Source: Eledone cirrhosa | Lineage: Eukaryota | Direction: 5' to 3' | Length of the DNA: 64,000 nucleotides | Assembly: GCA_964016885.1 (NCBI GenBank) | Contig: OZ024746.1 | Location: 1,736,001-1,800,000 of the forward strand | Notes under the pieces: model-generated | Told to the model about the DNA's origin: nothing | Seen by the model: the letters and a program-made list of their open reading frames with translations, nothing else | Databases searched by the model: none | Part shown: in pieces, positions 51,468 through 64,000 of the stretch | How positions within the stretch are numbered: position 1 is the stretch's first letter | How the letters are laid out: each line of letters begins with the position of its first letter | Translations under genes and position numbers: made by a program

Positions 51468-51907
51468 TCTCTGGTCCCTAATAATAGGGGAGGCGTTGGA
51501 GTAAGTGGGGTGGTTGGAGTAAGAAGAGTGGTGTTGGAGTAAGAGGGGTGGTGGAATAAGTTAGGGAGTTGGAATGGGGGGGGGGTAATTTTTCAAGGTT
51601 GTCTGATGATTTTCTTTAAAAACCAGAATTAGTTGTTTAGTTTACATATTGAAACCCCAACTCATCCTATTTATTTTATAACATATGGGATTTATAGTAA
51701 TCTACTTTTTTTTTGTCACATACGTATTTTAATGTCTAGAAAAAATTAATTGTCACAGGAATGTTACCATTTAAAATAAAATTTTGCCAGATTAGCAAAA
51801 TTTAATAAGTGGGGGTGAGTAGAATAAGAGCAGGGTGTGGGGGGTGGAAAAAGATCTGAATAGTTAATAAGCAGGGGGGGGGGGCAATTATTTGAGACCT
51901 AAGAGTA
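51468..51907. mobile_element. MITE, uninterrupted copy of the 20736-21383 family
   Basis: TIRs tctctggtccctaataat / attatttgagacctaagag; internal homology to 20736-21383. Confidence 0.72.
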
Positions 51908-51962
51908 ACTTCAATTGAAGAAATTTGTCTGAGTACTGCAATTATTTAACAACTGGCCACTG

Positions 51963-52218
51963 TAATAATAATAATAATGATAATAATGAAATTATTGTGT
52001 ACAGTGCTCAGGTGCACTACAACTCATCAAAGGTGCATGTATAGTGCATGTATAGTACATAGAATAATATACAAATGTCAGGGAAGTGAATAGTGTATGA
52101 GTCATGATATACATGTGTGTGTGTATGTATGGAGGGGGAATATTAGCTGTAGTGTTGGCGAATCTCAGGAAGCATGGAGGTTTTAAAGGATGCAGTGTCT
52201 CGACAGCTAACAACTGAT
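51963..52218 (-). mobile_element. CR1 3' fragment
   Basis: Near-identical to 11864-12097. Confidence 0.9.
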
Positions 52219-52464
52219 GTATGAAAACCAACTTGATTATTTCCATTTAACTGAAGAATTTTTATTTTTAATAAAGTAGCCACCGTGTCTCTCATTTAAC
52301 TGGAACAGTAAACTATTTCTACAAAGGGTTTTCAATGGTTGATTTACATATTTTGTATTTGTTAGTTATCATGCTAATGAGGAAGATGGACGTTAAATGA
52401 TGATGTTGATTACCTATAAGACATAGCTACACACCTCAATTTCTTTCTTCATTACTTTTTTAAT

Positions 52465-52567
52465 AATGTATTTGTATATTATTCTATGTACTATACATGC
52501 ACCTTTGATGAGTTGTAGTTCACCTGAGCACTGTACACAATAATTTCATTATTATTATTATTATTAT
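52465..52567 (+). mobile_element. CR1 3' tip with (TTA)n tail
   Basis: Reverse complement of 51963-52078. Confidence 0.88.
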
Positions 52568-52721
52568 TTTTATAACAGATATATTTTCAAAGAAACTATC
52601 AAAATATAAACTTGGAAGTTTATTCATCCGTGTCAGTAATGTTTTGACAACAAAGAATTACATAGTTATCAATATAATCATAATCTACATCTCCAAATAT
52701 GGAGTTCTGTAAAATATGTAG

Positions 52722-52885
52722 ACCAGCAATTAACCCCAGTGCATTTCTGGGGCTTTATTTTATAAACTCTGTAACGATGAAAGGCAAAGTTAACCTTGGC
52801 AGAATTTTAACTCAGACCGTAAAGGGCCGTAACTCTATGCTGCAAAGCATGGCATCCGACCCTCTACCGATACTGCCAATCTACC
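52722..52885 (-). mobile_element. SINE family B
   Basis: Homology to the other copies. Confidence 0.8.
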
Positions 52886-53277
52886 CGTGCTTGCCAATAA
52901 TAAAAGACAATTAGACACAGTAAGAAGACAGGCTTCATTGAAGAAATGAACAAAATGGAAATATATTCTTGTTGTCTCTCTAGTAACAATAAATAAAACA
53001 TGAAACCCTTTATAAATATTACACCTTCCTCACATCCCCCACAATTTCATGGACAAGCCAGTGAGAGAGCCTCCAACTGGTCATTCGACCTGCTAAATAT
53101 GGTATCAATTCTATCTCAATTCACACCTTACCATCTTAAAAATATCAATATGTTGGATAATGTAATTTCAGATATTCTATGTTTGAATAAGAGACAGGAT
53201 GGTCATAGCTAGAATGCCTTTCATCAGGGATTAGCTGGGCTTTTATATCAACAGTAATAACTAAGGAGAATGTGTGA

Positions 53278-54010
53278 TGTGTATCAGAAAAGAAACAAGA
53301 CTGAGGTCACAAAAAAAATATTTCAAATCCAAACTACAAATTTTCCCCTTCAAAATAACCCCCTCAAGTTTAACACACTTTCCCATCCTTTTTCACCATG
53401 CCTCCATGAACTCCTGGAAGAAATCTCCCGGGATTCTCTACCATTCCATCATCACAGCTCTCGTGATGGCTTCCATGTCCAGAAAATGGCTCGTGCTTGA
53501 AGTCCCCTGATTCATCGCCAGTGATAATTCACCCCAGTAAGTCTGGTTTGGTTTCAAGATGCTTGAAAATGTCCCAACACACCTGCCACACCTGCTACCA
53601 CCACTCCTTCTGGTCATCATTCACCAGCTTCAACACCATCTTCTCACAGATCTTCCACATGCCCAAGTCTTTGATGATAATCTTCCAAACACTGCAGCAG
53701 TTCATGCCCAGCTCACTTGCAATCAGTTGAACTTTCAGCCAAGGATTGCCATGAACCACCTGCCTCAGGTGCTCAACACTGGCCTTCTGCTCCTGGCGTT
53801 GTCTTTGAACCTTTTATGCCACTTGAAAATCCATGAGTGCAACATCATCTCATTTCCATACACTTGCTGCAGTATTCTGAGTGCTTCTGGTGGAGTTTTC
53901 CCCAGCAGGACCAGAAACTCGAGGTTGCTTTGTTGCTCTGTGCCCATCGCTCAACAGCCTAAAACTGGGGAGTTCTTAACAGCACGTGAAAAAACAAACA
54001 ATGGCTGCAA
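53278..54010 (-). mobile_element. Degraded, internally deleted mariner (Tc1/mariner) element
   Basis: N-terminal HTH EQQSNLEFLVLLGKTPPEALRILQQVYGN...IFKWHKRFK...RSRRP, a ITGDES motif, then a jump to the C-terminal remnant. Confidence 0.85.
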
Positions 54011-54471
54011 AGAGTTGAGATGACAGTTATATACTCCCCGGATATTATTTCACATGGTGACACAACCCACTAATCCCTACCTCACACAACACACTAAGTC
54101 CTGTTACATCTCATATGTCTACTTCACTCTTCATCCCTACTAATAAGAGATCAGTAAACAATTATGAAGTAATGAGTTAATTGGAAAGTCTTCAGATTAT
54201 CAATCAACAATTCTATAAGGATGTTATTCATTGTTTAAATTCTTGCTTTGACATGACATCGATGCTGCTTTGTCGTTCCAGGAATAGGAAAATATTCAAC
54301 ACAGTCTGGCTGTTGTCCTTCTCACACCAAAATATTCTCCATACAAAACTTTAGACATAAGAAAAACATTAATTTACAAAGTCAACAGAGAGAAAGAGAG
54401 AAAGTTTGTTAAGCGATGAAAATACACAGATCCATGTGTACATACATACGAACTACAATAGTATATACATA

Positions 54472-54716
54472 CTGGTGGTATGGAGATGTGATGCGCATGG
54501 AGGATGACCGATGGGTGAAGAAGTGCCAGGAAATGCCAGTTGAAGGAAGACCACGAAAAATATGGGCGGAGGTGGTGAGAACAGACCTCAGATCGCTGAA
54601 GCTCACGGTGGAGATGACGAAGGACCGTGACGAGTGGAGAGATGCTCTGCTGAATAAGACCCGTCCCACCCTTGCGAGCAGGGAAGAGCGGACGTAAAAT
54701 GATGATGATGATGATG
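54472..54716 (+). mobile_element. RTE LINE (family B) 3' fragment with (GAT)n tail
   Basis: WWYGDVMRMEDDRWVKKC...GRPRKIWAEVVRTDL...DRDEWR. Confidence 0.9.
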
Positions 54717-54769
54717 GTATTAACACACAGTTACACATTCATTCCTTCATTCACAAACTAACACACATA

Positions 54770-55275
54770 GTTACACATACATATACTAACATATATAGAG
54801 ACACGTGTATACATACACTTATAAATACATACATGTATACATACACTTATATATACATACATATATATATACACTTATAAATACATACTTGTATACATAC
54901 ACTTATATATATATACATGTATATATACACTTATATATACATACATGTATATATACACTTATAAATACATACATGTATATATACACTTATAAATACATAC
55001 ATGTATACATACACTTATATATACATACATGTATACATACACTTATATATACATACATGTATACATACACTTATATATACATACATGTATACATACACAT
55101 ATATACATACATGTATACATACACTTATATATACATACATGTATACATACACTTATATATACATACATGTATACGTTTGAATGCTTGCACAGAAATATAT
55201 ACACAGCTGTATTACCACACATAAGTATAAATTCACACATACATAATATATACACTTAAACCACAATATATACAC
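54770..55275. repeat. CA/TA-rich minisatellite (atacatacacttatatatacatacatgt-like)
   Basis: Read directly. Confidence 0.85.
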
Positions 55276-55396
55276 ATAAGGAACTCTGTAAATAATTGAG
55301 TGCCTTATGGGCTAAAAAGCCCAAATGACAAATTCTAAAGGAAGTTTCAGTTTCATTGCAAACCCTAAATTCTTAGAATAACAAACCAGATGGTAC

Positions 55397-56113
55397 TGTG
55401 GTGGTGGTGGTGGTGATATTGGTGGTGGTGGTGTTGGTGGTGGTGTTGGTGGTGGTGGTGTTGGTGGTGGTGATATTGGTGGTGGTGGTGTTGGTGGTGG
55501 TGGTGTTGGTGGTGATATTGGCAGTGGTGGTGGTGGTAATGGTAGTGATAGTGGTGGTGGTGGGGGTGGTAGTGATATTGGCGGTGGTGGTGGTGGTAGT
55601 GGTGGTAGTGATATTGGCGGTGGTGGTGGTGGTGGTGATGGTGGTGGTGGTGATATTGGCGGTGGTGGTGGTGGTGGTGGTGGTGGTGGTGGTGATATTG
55701 GTGGTGGTGGTGTTGGTGGTGGTGATATTGGCGGTGGTGGTGGTGGTGGTGGTGATATTGGCGGTGGTGGTGGTGGTGGTAATGGTAGTGATAGTGGTGG
55801 TGGTGGTAGTGATATTGGCGGGGGTGGTGATGTTGGTGGTGGTGATATTGGCGGTGGTGGTGGTGGTAGTGATAGTGGTGGTGATAGTGGTGGTGGTGGT
55901 GGTGATGGTGGTGGTAGTGATATTGGTAGTGCTGGTGGTTGTGGTGGTGGTGGTGGTGGTGGTGGTGGTGGTGGTAGTGGTAGTGATATTGGTAGTGATG
56001 CTGATGGTGGTGGTGGTGGTGGTGGTGGTGATGGTGGTGGTGGTGGTGGTGGTGGTGGTGGTGGTGGTGGTGGTGGTGGTGGTGGTGGTGGTGGTGGTGG
56101 TGGTCGTCGTCGT
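55397..56113. repeat. (GGT)n-based trinucleotide tract
   Basis: Read directly; produces the poly-Val and poly-Thr pseudo-ORFs. Confidence 0.95.
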
Positions 56114-56374
56114 CATTGTTTTAAAGAAAATAGACTAAATTCAGCTAAATTACTAAAGAATTGCCACCAACAAAACTACTTTAAACCTGATCTGGGATGT
56201 TTTATGAAGTTCTCAGCCATAAAACTTTCACTTGTGTTCCACATAATTGACAAGATTTTTATCTGAAATTATTTTTAGAATATCATGGAGTCCTTTATGT
56301 CCTCACTTTCATGGCTCAGCAAATAATCACTATCAATTTGTCATCATTGTCATTGTAATCATCAACATCAACAT

Positions 56375-56799
56375 CACCACCACCACTACCATCACACCAC
56401 CACCATCAGCACCACCACCACCACCAGCACTACCAACAACACCACCAACAACACAACTGACACCACCACCACCACTACCATCAACACCACCACCACCATC
56501 AACACCATCAGCACCAACAACACCACTACTGACACTACCACCAACACTACCACTGCTATCAACAACACCACCACCATCAACACCATCTCCATCAACACTA
56601 CCACCAACACTACCACTGCTACCATCAACACCACCAACAACACCACCAACACCCCCACTGACACCATTAGCACCACCAACACCGCCACTACCACCAACAC
56701 CATCACCGACACCGACACCACCACCAACAACACCACCACAGCCACCATCACCACCGACACCACCACCACCGCCACCAACAACACCACCAACACCGACAC
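56375..56799. repeat. (ACC)n-based trinucleotide tract
   Basis: Read directly. Confidence 0.92.
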
Positions 56800-57577
56800 A
56801 TATTTAATGTTACATATCAGACTGACCTTAAATTATTCCTCTTTGCTACAGACATACATTCATTGCCCGTTTCACTGCCAAACAACTTGGCATTTCTGGA
56901 AAATATTCCTCTTCTCAATGCTACATGTTCTTTATCCACCGACCTCAGTTTCTCCAGAGATAAAGAAAATCTCTGTACCCCCTTCTTCTTCACCTCTGTA
57001 CAATATACTCTTGAAATGCCATTCATGTAAAACCAGTTCCATATGGATTTTATCTTTTCTAATTTTATGTTTGCTAATCATGATCCTTTCTCTCCCCTTT
57101 GTTTTTAACAAAGTATCTTTTATATTTAAAATTAAATAACTGTATGTACATCACTAGGGAAATTATTTTATTTTATCTAATCATATCTTATATAATATAC
57201 ATTTGCACTGAGAAAGAAAAGGTGAGGAAGCGAGACAGAGACTTTTATTGGCAACAGAGCTTCATCCTGTATGTTTACACCATAGCCACTGTCCTTTTAC
57301 TAATGCCACCTCCAACACTAATTACTATATTAACTTCTAATGAGGTAGAGTCAATTATATTGCTATTTTTTTGTTTTATTTCATTGTAAACTATAGTTAA
57401 ATGACACCTAAAGCATCCTCATGCTCACAAAAGATAAACCATAGATAAATCTTATGGATAGAATGCCAGTCTACCACAGGTAGTATTTCCACAAGAAGGT
57501 GAACATATTCTAAACTTCTATAAGAATGTAGAATTATGTGTTCTATCTAGAAACACAATGAAAAACTCATGATTTAA

Positions 57578-57728
57578 ATGACCATTAGTTCACCTACAAA
57601 GTCACTGTTAATATTATATGACCATTAGTTCACCTACAAAGTCACTGTTAATATTATATGACCATTAGTTCACCTACAAAGTCACTGTTAATATTATATG
57701 ACCATTAGTTCACCTACAAAGTCACTGC
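57578..57728. repeat. 40-bp tandem repeat, about 3.7 copies
   Basis: atgaccattagttcacctacaaagtcactgttaatattat. Confidence 0.93.
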
Positions 57729-58313
57729 TGTTATTGATGGGTTGGGTATTACATTTCACTGGTACATTAATTTTTTGGCACAGTTTCTATAACCGGATTA
57801 CCTTCCTTTCACAAACCACCTTACAGAGGGTACTTAATGCATCCTATTATGGCACAGGTGCACCACATAATATACAATATACACAACTTGTACAATAAAC
57901 ACAACAAAATATACAATATATACAACTTATACAATATATATTTCTGAAACCAGCAATAATAAAAATAAAATTGACAATTAAATTATTGCTAATCATTAAT
58001 TACATAACTAAAATGTTCATAATATATAGTTCCCATCCGTGGACCTAATCTTACAGCTTCATCAACAATGCTAGAGATTATTAGCGGAAAACATCATAAA
58101 TATGATGAAAGTGTTAGACAGCTATCACAGTGTAGTTTGGGCATTAATTGTTAAAAATATGATAACAAAGATGTTACTTTGGAGTTGGTTTTGGTCCTTA
58201 TATTTTGAGATAAAATCCTTCAGCAAAATAATAATTTTCAAATTAAAAAATGGCAGCTTAAGAGCAACAAAAGGTATCCTGCTCCAAATATAAGGACCAA
58301 TATGCTCCAAATA

Positions 58314-59160
58314 TAATTGTTTCTACTTTTGACACAAGACCAGCAATTATCCCAGTGTATTACTGGTACTTTATTTTATCGACCCCGTAAGTTAACCTCG
58401 GCAGGATTTGAACTCGGACCGTAAAGGGACGTAACTATGCTAGAAAGCATGGTGTCCAACCCTCTACCAATACTGCCAATCCACCACCCTAACATGGCGT
58501 CCAACCCTCTACCAATACTGCCAATCCACCACCCTAACATGGCGTCCAACCCTCTACTAATACTGCCAATCCACCACCCTAACATGGCGTCCAACCCTCT
58601 ACCAATACTGCCAATCCACCACCCTAGCATGGTGTCCGACCCTCTACCAATACTGCCAATCCACCACCCTAGCATGGTGTCCGACCCTCTACCAATACTG
58701 CCAATCCACCACCCTAGCATGGCGTCCGACCCTCTACCAATACTGCCAATTCATCACCCTAGCATGGCGTCCAACCCTCTACCAATACTGCCAATCCACC
58801 ACCCTAGCATGGCGTCCAACCCTCTACCAATACTGCCAATTCACCACCCTAGCATGGCGTCCAACCCTCTACCAATACTGCCAATTCACCACCCTAGCAT
58901 GGCGTCCAACCCTCTACCAATACTGCTAATTCACCACCCTAGCATGGCGTCCAACCCTCTACCAATACTGCTAATTCACCACCCTAGCATGGTGTCCAAC
59001 CCTCTACCAATACTGCCAATCCACCACCCTAGCATGGCGTCCGACCCTCTACCAATACTGCCAATTCACCACCCTAGCATGGTGTCCAACCCTCTACCAA
59101 TACTGCCAATCCACCACCCTAGCATGGTGTCCGACCCTCTACCAATACTGCTAATTCACC
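58314..59160 (-). mobile_element. SINE family B whose 45-bp head is amplified to about 16 tandem copies (58446-59160)
   Basis: SINE tail, core and B-box at 58314-58445, then (agcatggcgtccaaccctctaccaatactgccaatccaccaccct)n. Confidence 0.93.
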
Positions 59161-61361
59161 AAGGTAATAACATCTTTGTTATCATATTTTTAACAATTAC
59201 TGTCCAAACTACATTGTGGTAGCTGCCTAATAAAACATGATTTCTACACTTTACACGATACTTCAAACTACAGCACCCTCTTATAAATATGGTAAAATAT
59301 AATACTTTCAAAATGGAAGATAACAAATGAAAATGTTTATCTCATTGCTGAGACCAATTGTAAAATTCCTTCTCTCATACACCTGGCTTATAGTAGTCAC
59401 AATTGTAATGAAAGTAAAATAGATTCCAGTCAATGGTGTAGAGCAGTAAAGTTACCTCTTGAGATTGTAGTATTCTATTAAGTGGCTAATTAACATCTAA
59501 TCTAAATACATTGTTGCTAAAACATGATGAAAGTGTCATAATCTTAAGACAAGAATTCTACAAAACACAGTTCCTTATTTGGTCATATTATTTCACATCT
59601 TCCTTAACAATCTCCTCTTTCATCCAGATCCCCCCCCCCCCTCACTGCTATCTACTCATTAAAAAGAAATTGTTATCAGTTACTTTTCTCTGTTAAACCT
59701 GCCAGGACTAACAAGCACACAAGAAACAGATGCTACTGATAAAAACACAGACCTCTTTCATTTTCATTCAAATTTAAGGATGAGAGCTGAGACCTACCAA
59801 AAACTTTAGGCACCTCATAATATTTAAACAATCCCCCTTCTGCCATATTATCTCTTAGCTGTAAGAAATAAATCATTGTTTTACATTAACATTTTAATGT
59901 GCTTAATTAATAAGTGCTGTTATTAGTGTTGTTTAGTCCCCAGTCAGTCCTGATTAGGCAAACTTATGAACAAAGAAAGCATTCTAGCTGTGACCACCCA
60001 GTCTTTTCTTTTTTCAGCCATAGTGTATCTAGAACTATATTATCCAATATGTCTTTGCTTGTTCTTGTACTTGTTATTTAGTCCTACACAGTTTTATACA
60101 GTTCATCTACAACTACAATATCTAATGTTTTTCCCTTTTCAAGGTAGTAGAGCAAGATTTTAGAGAAATGTGGCTGTTATTTCAAGCAGTTTGAACAACT
60201 GCAAAGAAACTCCCACATTGGCTCAAAAACAAAAAGAGCAAATAATAGGTACCAAATTATCTATGAATCTTACCTGATAAATGAGATTTATCACCCATCC
60301 ACTTCTTATCATGAGAACTAAACACTTGCTAATAAAATCCCTTGAAGCATGGGATACATTTATCAGTATTATCAAGAGTTGGCAGAAATAGGAATTCCTG
60401 AAAATATTTTTTGTTCAGGTATATTTCAAGTACAAATTTTACCAAGTGTCTTTGTCTTTCATTCCTGCAGGATCTATTAATTACATCCTTTCCATGTAAC
60501 AATTGGCTACATGCTTAGTAAAAAACAAACTAAAAACATTATTAAGTTATCAAGAGATGTTTGTCTTCATGAAAGACTGCACTACAAGACAAATGATAAC
60601 TTAATGGCAATTCCACATTTCAATTCTTGCTTTTACTTCATTCTGATTCCAAATACACTTCAGAATCAAAAGTAAATGTCAACTAGTAAAAAATATTTTC
60701 TTTTTCTTTTTACTAAACCCAAATATATTAGAAGTAAAGAAATGGGATCATGTGAAGTTTATGCCTTTCTCAGGGTCATTAATAACAAAGTGAAATGATT
60801 GAGAATTTAGAATTGATGGACAACTTGACTTGGTAAGCAGATTTTCTCATGTCTCAGTAGAGTAAGAATGTATTTCTTGTTATACAGAGTTTAACAAGTT
60901 AATGTCAGTTTAGTGTGTTATAGAGATTTATCAGGAAGAGAGAGGGGAAGAGAGAGAGAGAGGGGAAGAGAGAGAGAGAGTAGAGTGAGAGAAGAGAGGA
61001 GGAGAGTGAGAGAGAGTATAGTTAGAGAAGAAGAAAAGAGAGGAGGTGAGGAGAAAAAAAGAGGGGGGGGGGGGCAGAGAAAATGTTGAGGTAAAAAATT
61101 AGTAAAATTCCATTTCTTCCTGGTTTAATATTGATTGTTTACAATGTATTGTCCAAAGATGACAATAGGGCAACATTGACTTTCTGGGTTGTAAAAATAC
61201 AAGATTGAATGATTTCCACGTATATACCAGCAGTTTTAGTGAAAAACTAATTAAGCTTTTAGTCCAGTGAGAATAAATATTTGTGTTTAATTCTATTTAT
61301 GAAATGTTGCTGGATGTCTGCCAGTCTATTAGAAAGATGTTTATAATCTATATAGTAGAAA

Positions 61362-61505
61362 GATGGCTGTGTGGTTAACAAGCTTCAGAACCACATGGTT
61401 TCAGTTCCACTACAGATAACATTCTGAACATGTCTTATGCCATAGACTCAGGTCAATCAATACCTTGTGAGTGAATATGGTAGACAGAAACTGTAGGATG
61501 CCTAT
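61362..61505 (+). mobile_element. Degraded third SINE-like family (also at about 45838-45965)
   Basis: atggctgtgtggttaac...ccacatg...gtgaat..g.tag.c.gaaa shared between the two loci. Confidence 0.55.
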
Positions 61506-61847
61506 TGAGTGTGTGTGTGTGTATGTATATATATATGTGTGTATATGCATTTTTTTCTTCTAACTTTAATTTTATACCTAATTGTGTATGGTTGACAGTA
61601 TATTTAATCGATTTCCACGTGCTATTGAAATGTTGGGTAAATATTCTATAGCGGTTGATCGCGAATAGATTGCTGTCGTTTATTTATCTATTATTTCTTC
61701 ATAGGTGCCTTTTAATCTTATAGCCAGGTCTAATTGATTTTTTGTGTGGTTGATTATGGTAATTGGGAGAGGAAATGGTGTATATATATTATCAAATGAT
61801 TCTATGGACATACTTTATAGTTTATATATATATATATAAAGAGAGAG

Positions 61848-62061
61848 AGAAGTGCCAAGAAATGCCAGTTGAAGGAAGACGCAGTAGAGGAAGACCACAA
61901 AAAACATTGGAGGAGGTAGTAAGAACAGACCTCAGATTGTTGAAGCTCACGGAGGAGATGACGAAGGGCTGTGACAAGTGGAGAGATGCTGTGCTGAATA
62001 GAACTCATCCCACCCTTGTAAGCAGGGAAAAGTGGACGTAAAATGATGATGATGATGATGA
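61848..62061 (+). mobile_element. RTE LINE (family B) 3' fragment with (GAT)n tail
   Basis: [28 protein letters not shown]...; flanked by (TA)n on both sides. Confidence 0.9.
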
Positions 62062-62083
62062 TTATATATATAAATATATATAA

Positions 62084-62153
<70 letters not shown>

Positions 62154-62154
62154 G

Positions 62155-62187
<33 letters not shown>

Positions 62188-62368
62188 GTATATATATATA
62201 TATATATACATATATATACATATATATATGTATATATATATATACATATATATATGTATATATATATATACATATACATATATATACATATATATATGTA
62301 TATATATATATATACATATATATATGTATATATATATATACATATATATATGTATATGTATATATATG

Positions 62369-62399
<31 letters not shown>

Positions 62400-62630
62400 G
62401 TATATATATATATACATATATATATGTATATGTATATATATGTATATATATATATATATGTATATGTATATATATGTATATATATATATATATGTATATG
62501 TATATATATGTATATATATATATATATATATATGTATATGTATATATATGTATATATATATATATGTATATATGTATATGTATATATGTATATGTATATA
62601 TGTATATATATATATGTATATATATGTATA

Positions 62631-62693
<63 letters not shown>

Positions 62694-62696
62694 GTA

Positions 62697-62784
<88 letters not shown>

Positions 62785-62797
62785 CATATATATACAT
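62062..62797. repeat. Long, impure (TA)n microsatellite
   Basis: Read directly. Confidence 0.97.
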
Positions 62798-62896
62798 AAT
62801 AAAAGTATCGAAGGTCACTGGTATTAATACACCATCCTCCGGCCAGCGTCTTGCTAAACCAATGAATCTAGCAAATTGCAGTAATGCAGCTGCATT

Positions 62897-63285
62897 ACAT
62901 GGCTTAGTGGTTAGAGCATTGGCCTTGCAATCGAAAGGTAGTGAGTTCAATTCTCAGACCGGGTGATGTGTTGTTTCCTTGAGCAAGACACTTTATTTCA
63001 CATACCTTCAGTTTACTCAGCTGTAGAAATGAGATGATAGGGACTGGGGTCCCTATCATTCCACTGTAAAGTGGTCGTGAAGGTGCCACGGCAACAAAGC
63101 ACCCAGCACTCACTGTAAATGAGGTTGGTGTTAGGAAGGGCATCCAGCTGTAGATATCAAGCCAGAATCAGTTCCCGTATGAGCAAGACAAGGTCAGCCG
63201 ACCAGACACTACCCACAACAGGACAACCCGTCTAACCCATGCTAGCGTGAAAGAATGGATGTAAAACGGTGATGATGATGATGAA
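62897..63285 (+). mobile_element. Full-length SINE family A with RTE-A 3' tail
   Basis: Head and core as at 7491; the 3' roughly 220 nt match the LINE 3' UTR (reverse complement of 7840-8060); (GAT)n tail. Confidence 0.92.
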
Positions 63286-63619
63286 GGTGAGAACTTATTT
63301 TATTTAACTTTTCTCATTTATTAAGCTAAAACAAGGAGACATCTCTGAACATTGTATGTGTGCGTTAGTTGACATTCAACATAAAAATGTGGTTGTAACA
63401 CCACGCCTCCCCAAAACAGGTCAAAGCTTTGACCTTCGCATGGTAAAAAAATAAAGTGAACAAAGACATAGTTAAAGAAAATAGTGGCTTTTAGAAAAGA
63501 ATAATAATTCCAATGTTCTTGGTAAGAGTATTGGTGATGTAAATGACATGTTGAATAATGATAACACACACACACATACAGAGACGCATACATACACACA
63601 CACACACATACAGACAGAG

Positions 63620-63650
<31 letters not shown>

Positions 63651-63774
63651 CACACACAGATACATATATACACACACACTTGTCAAATAAAGAAAATAAC
63701 AAAAAAGAAAGCAACTTTAACTCTCCCCACAATTCCAGTTATAGAAAGTCTCTGATATTGCTGCCAAAACCAAT

Positions 63775-63951
63775 TTTTAAGGTTTCCAATTTAAATTAAA
63801 ATCTTCCAACATAATTTTATATAAGAACCTCACATTAAGTTACTATCTTAGTAATGAAATAATTGATAATTTTAGTAAATCCCTCAAAATGCTTCATTAA
63901 ATAATTAAAATAGAGTGTATTTCATTAGAAATTTGGTTATGAAAGGGTTAA
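63775..63951. mobile_element. piggyBac-type MITE (family 2) fragment
   Basis: Homologous to 37288-37463; ends aaaggg-TTAA. Confidence 0.75.
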
Positions 63952-64000
63952 AAAAATAAAAAGAACCCCGAATAGGAAAAAATAAACCTAGAAGGGAGGA

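Noticed and set aside
55373-56807. Mucin-like poly-Thr and extensin-like poly-Pro ORFs
   Set aside because: Trinucleotide microsatellites; no signal peptide or splice context.
56817-57026. 69-aa minus-strand ORF as an upstream JmjC exon
   Set aside because: No JmjC-like motifs and no clear splice sites in a compatible phase.
61802-62966. Long Tyr/Ile ORFs (also 17493-20457 and 13789-14934)
   Set aside because: Dinucleotide microsatellite translations.

Overview
AT-rich, repeat-dominated eukaryotic genomic DNA, most likely from a coleoid cephalopod such as Octopus (inferred from the SINE/RTE repertoire and microsatellite density; not verified). The only well-supported host gene is on the minus strand. 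Six GT-AG exons (51053-51131, 36725-36866, 28116-28228, 11668-11770, 10898-11017, 7150-7296) splice in frame into a JMJD8-like JmjC domain (HxH...H metal triad) followed by a helical, TPR-like region. Start and stop exons were not found in the window. The introns hold a young 5'-truncated RTE LINE with a PHD finger after its RT domain, two main tRNA-derived SINE families, CR1, CRE and mariner relics, piggyBac-type and other MITEs, several long palindromes, a 200-N gap and more than a dozen minisatellite or satellite arrays. Several arrays can be traced to internal segments of dispersed elements also present here, at 2, about 4, about 15-16 and about 100 copies. Nearly all long ORFs in the supplied track are repeat artefacts. 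Coordinates were counted by hand and repeat boundaries are approximate.
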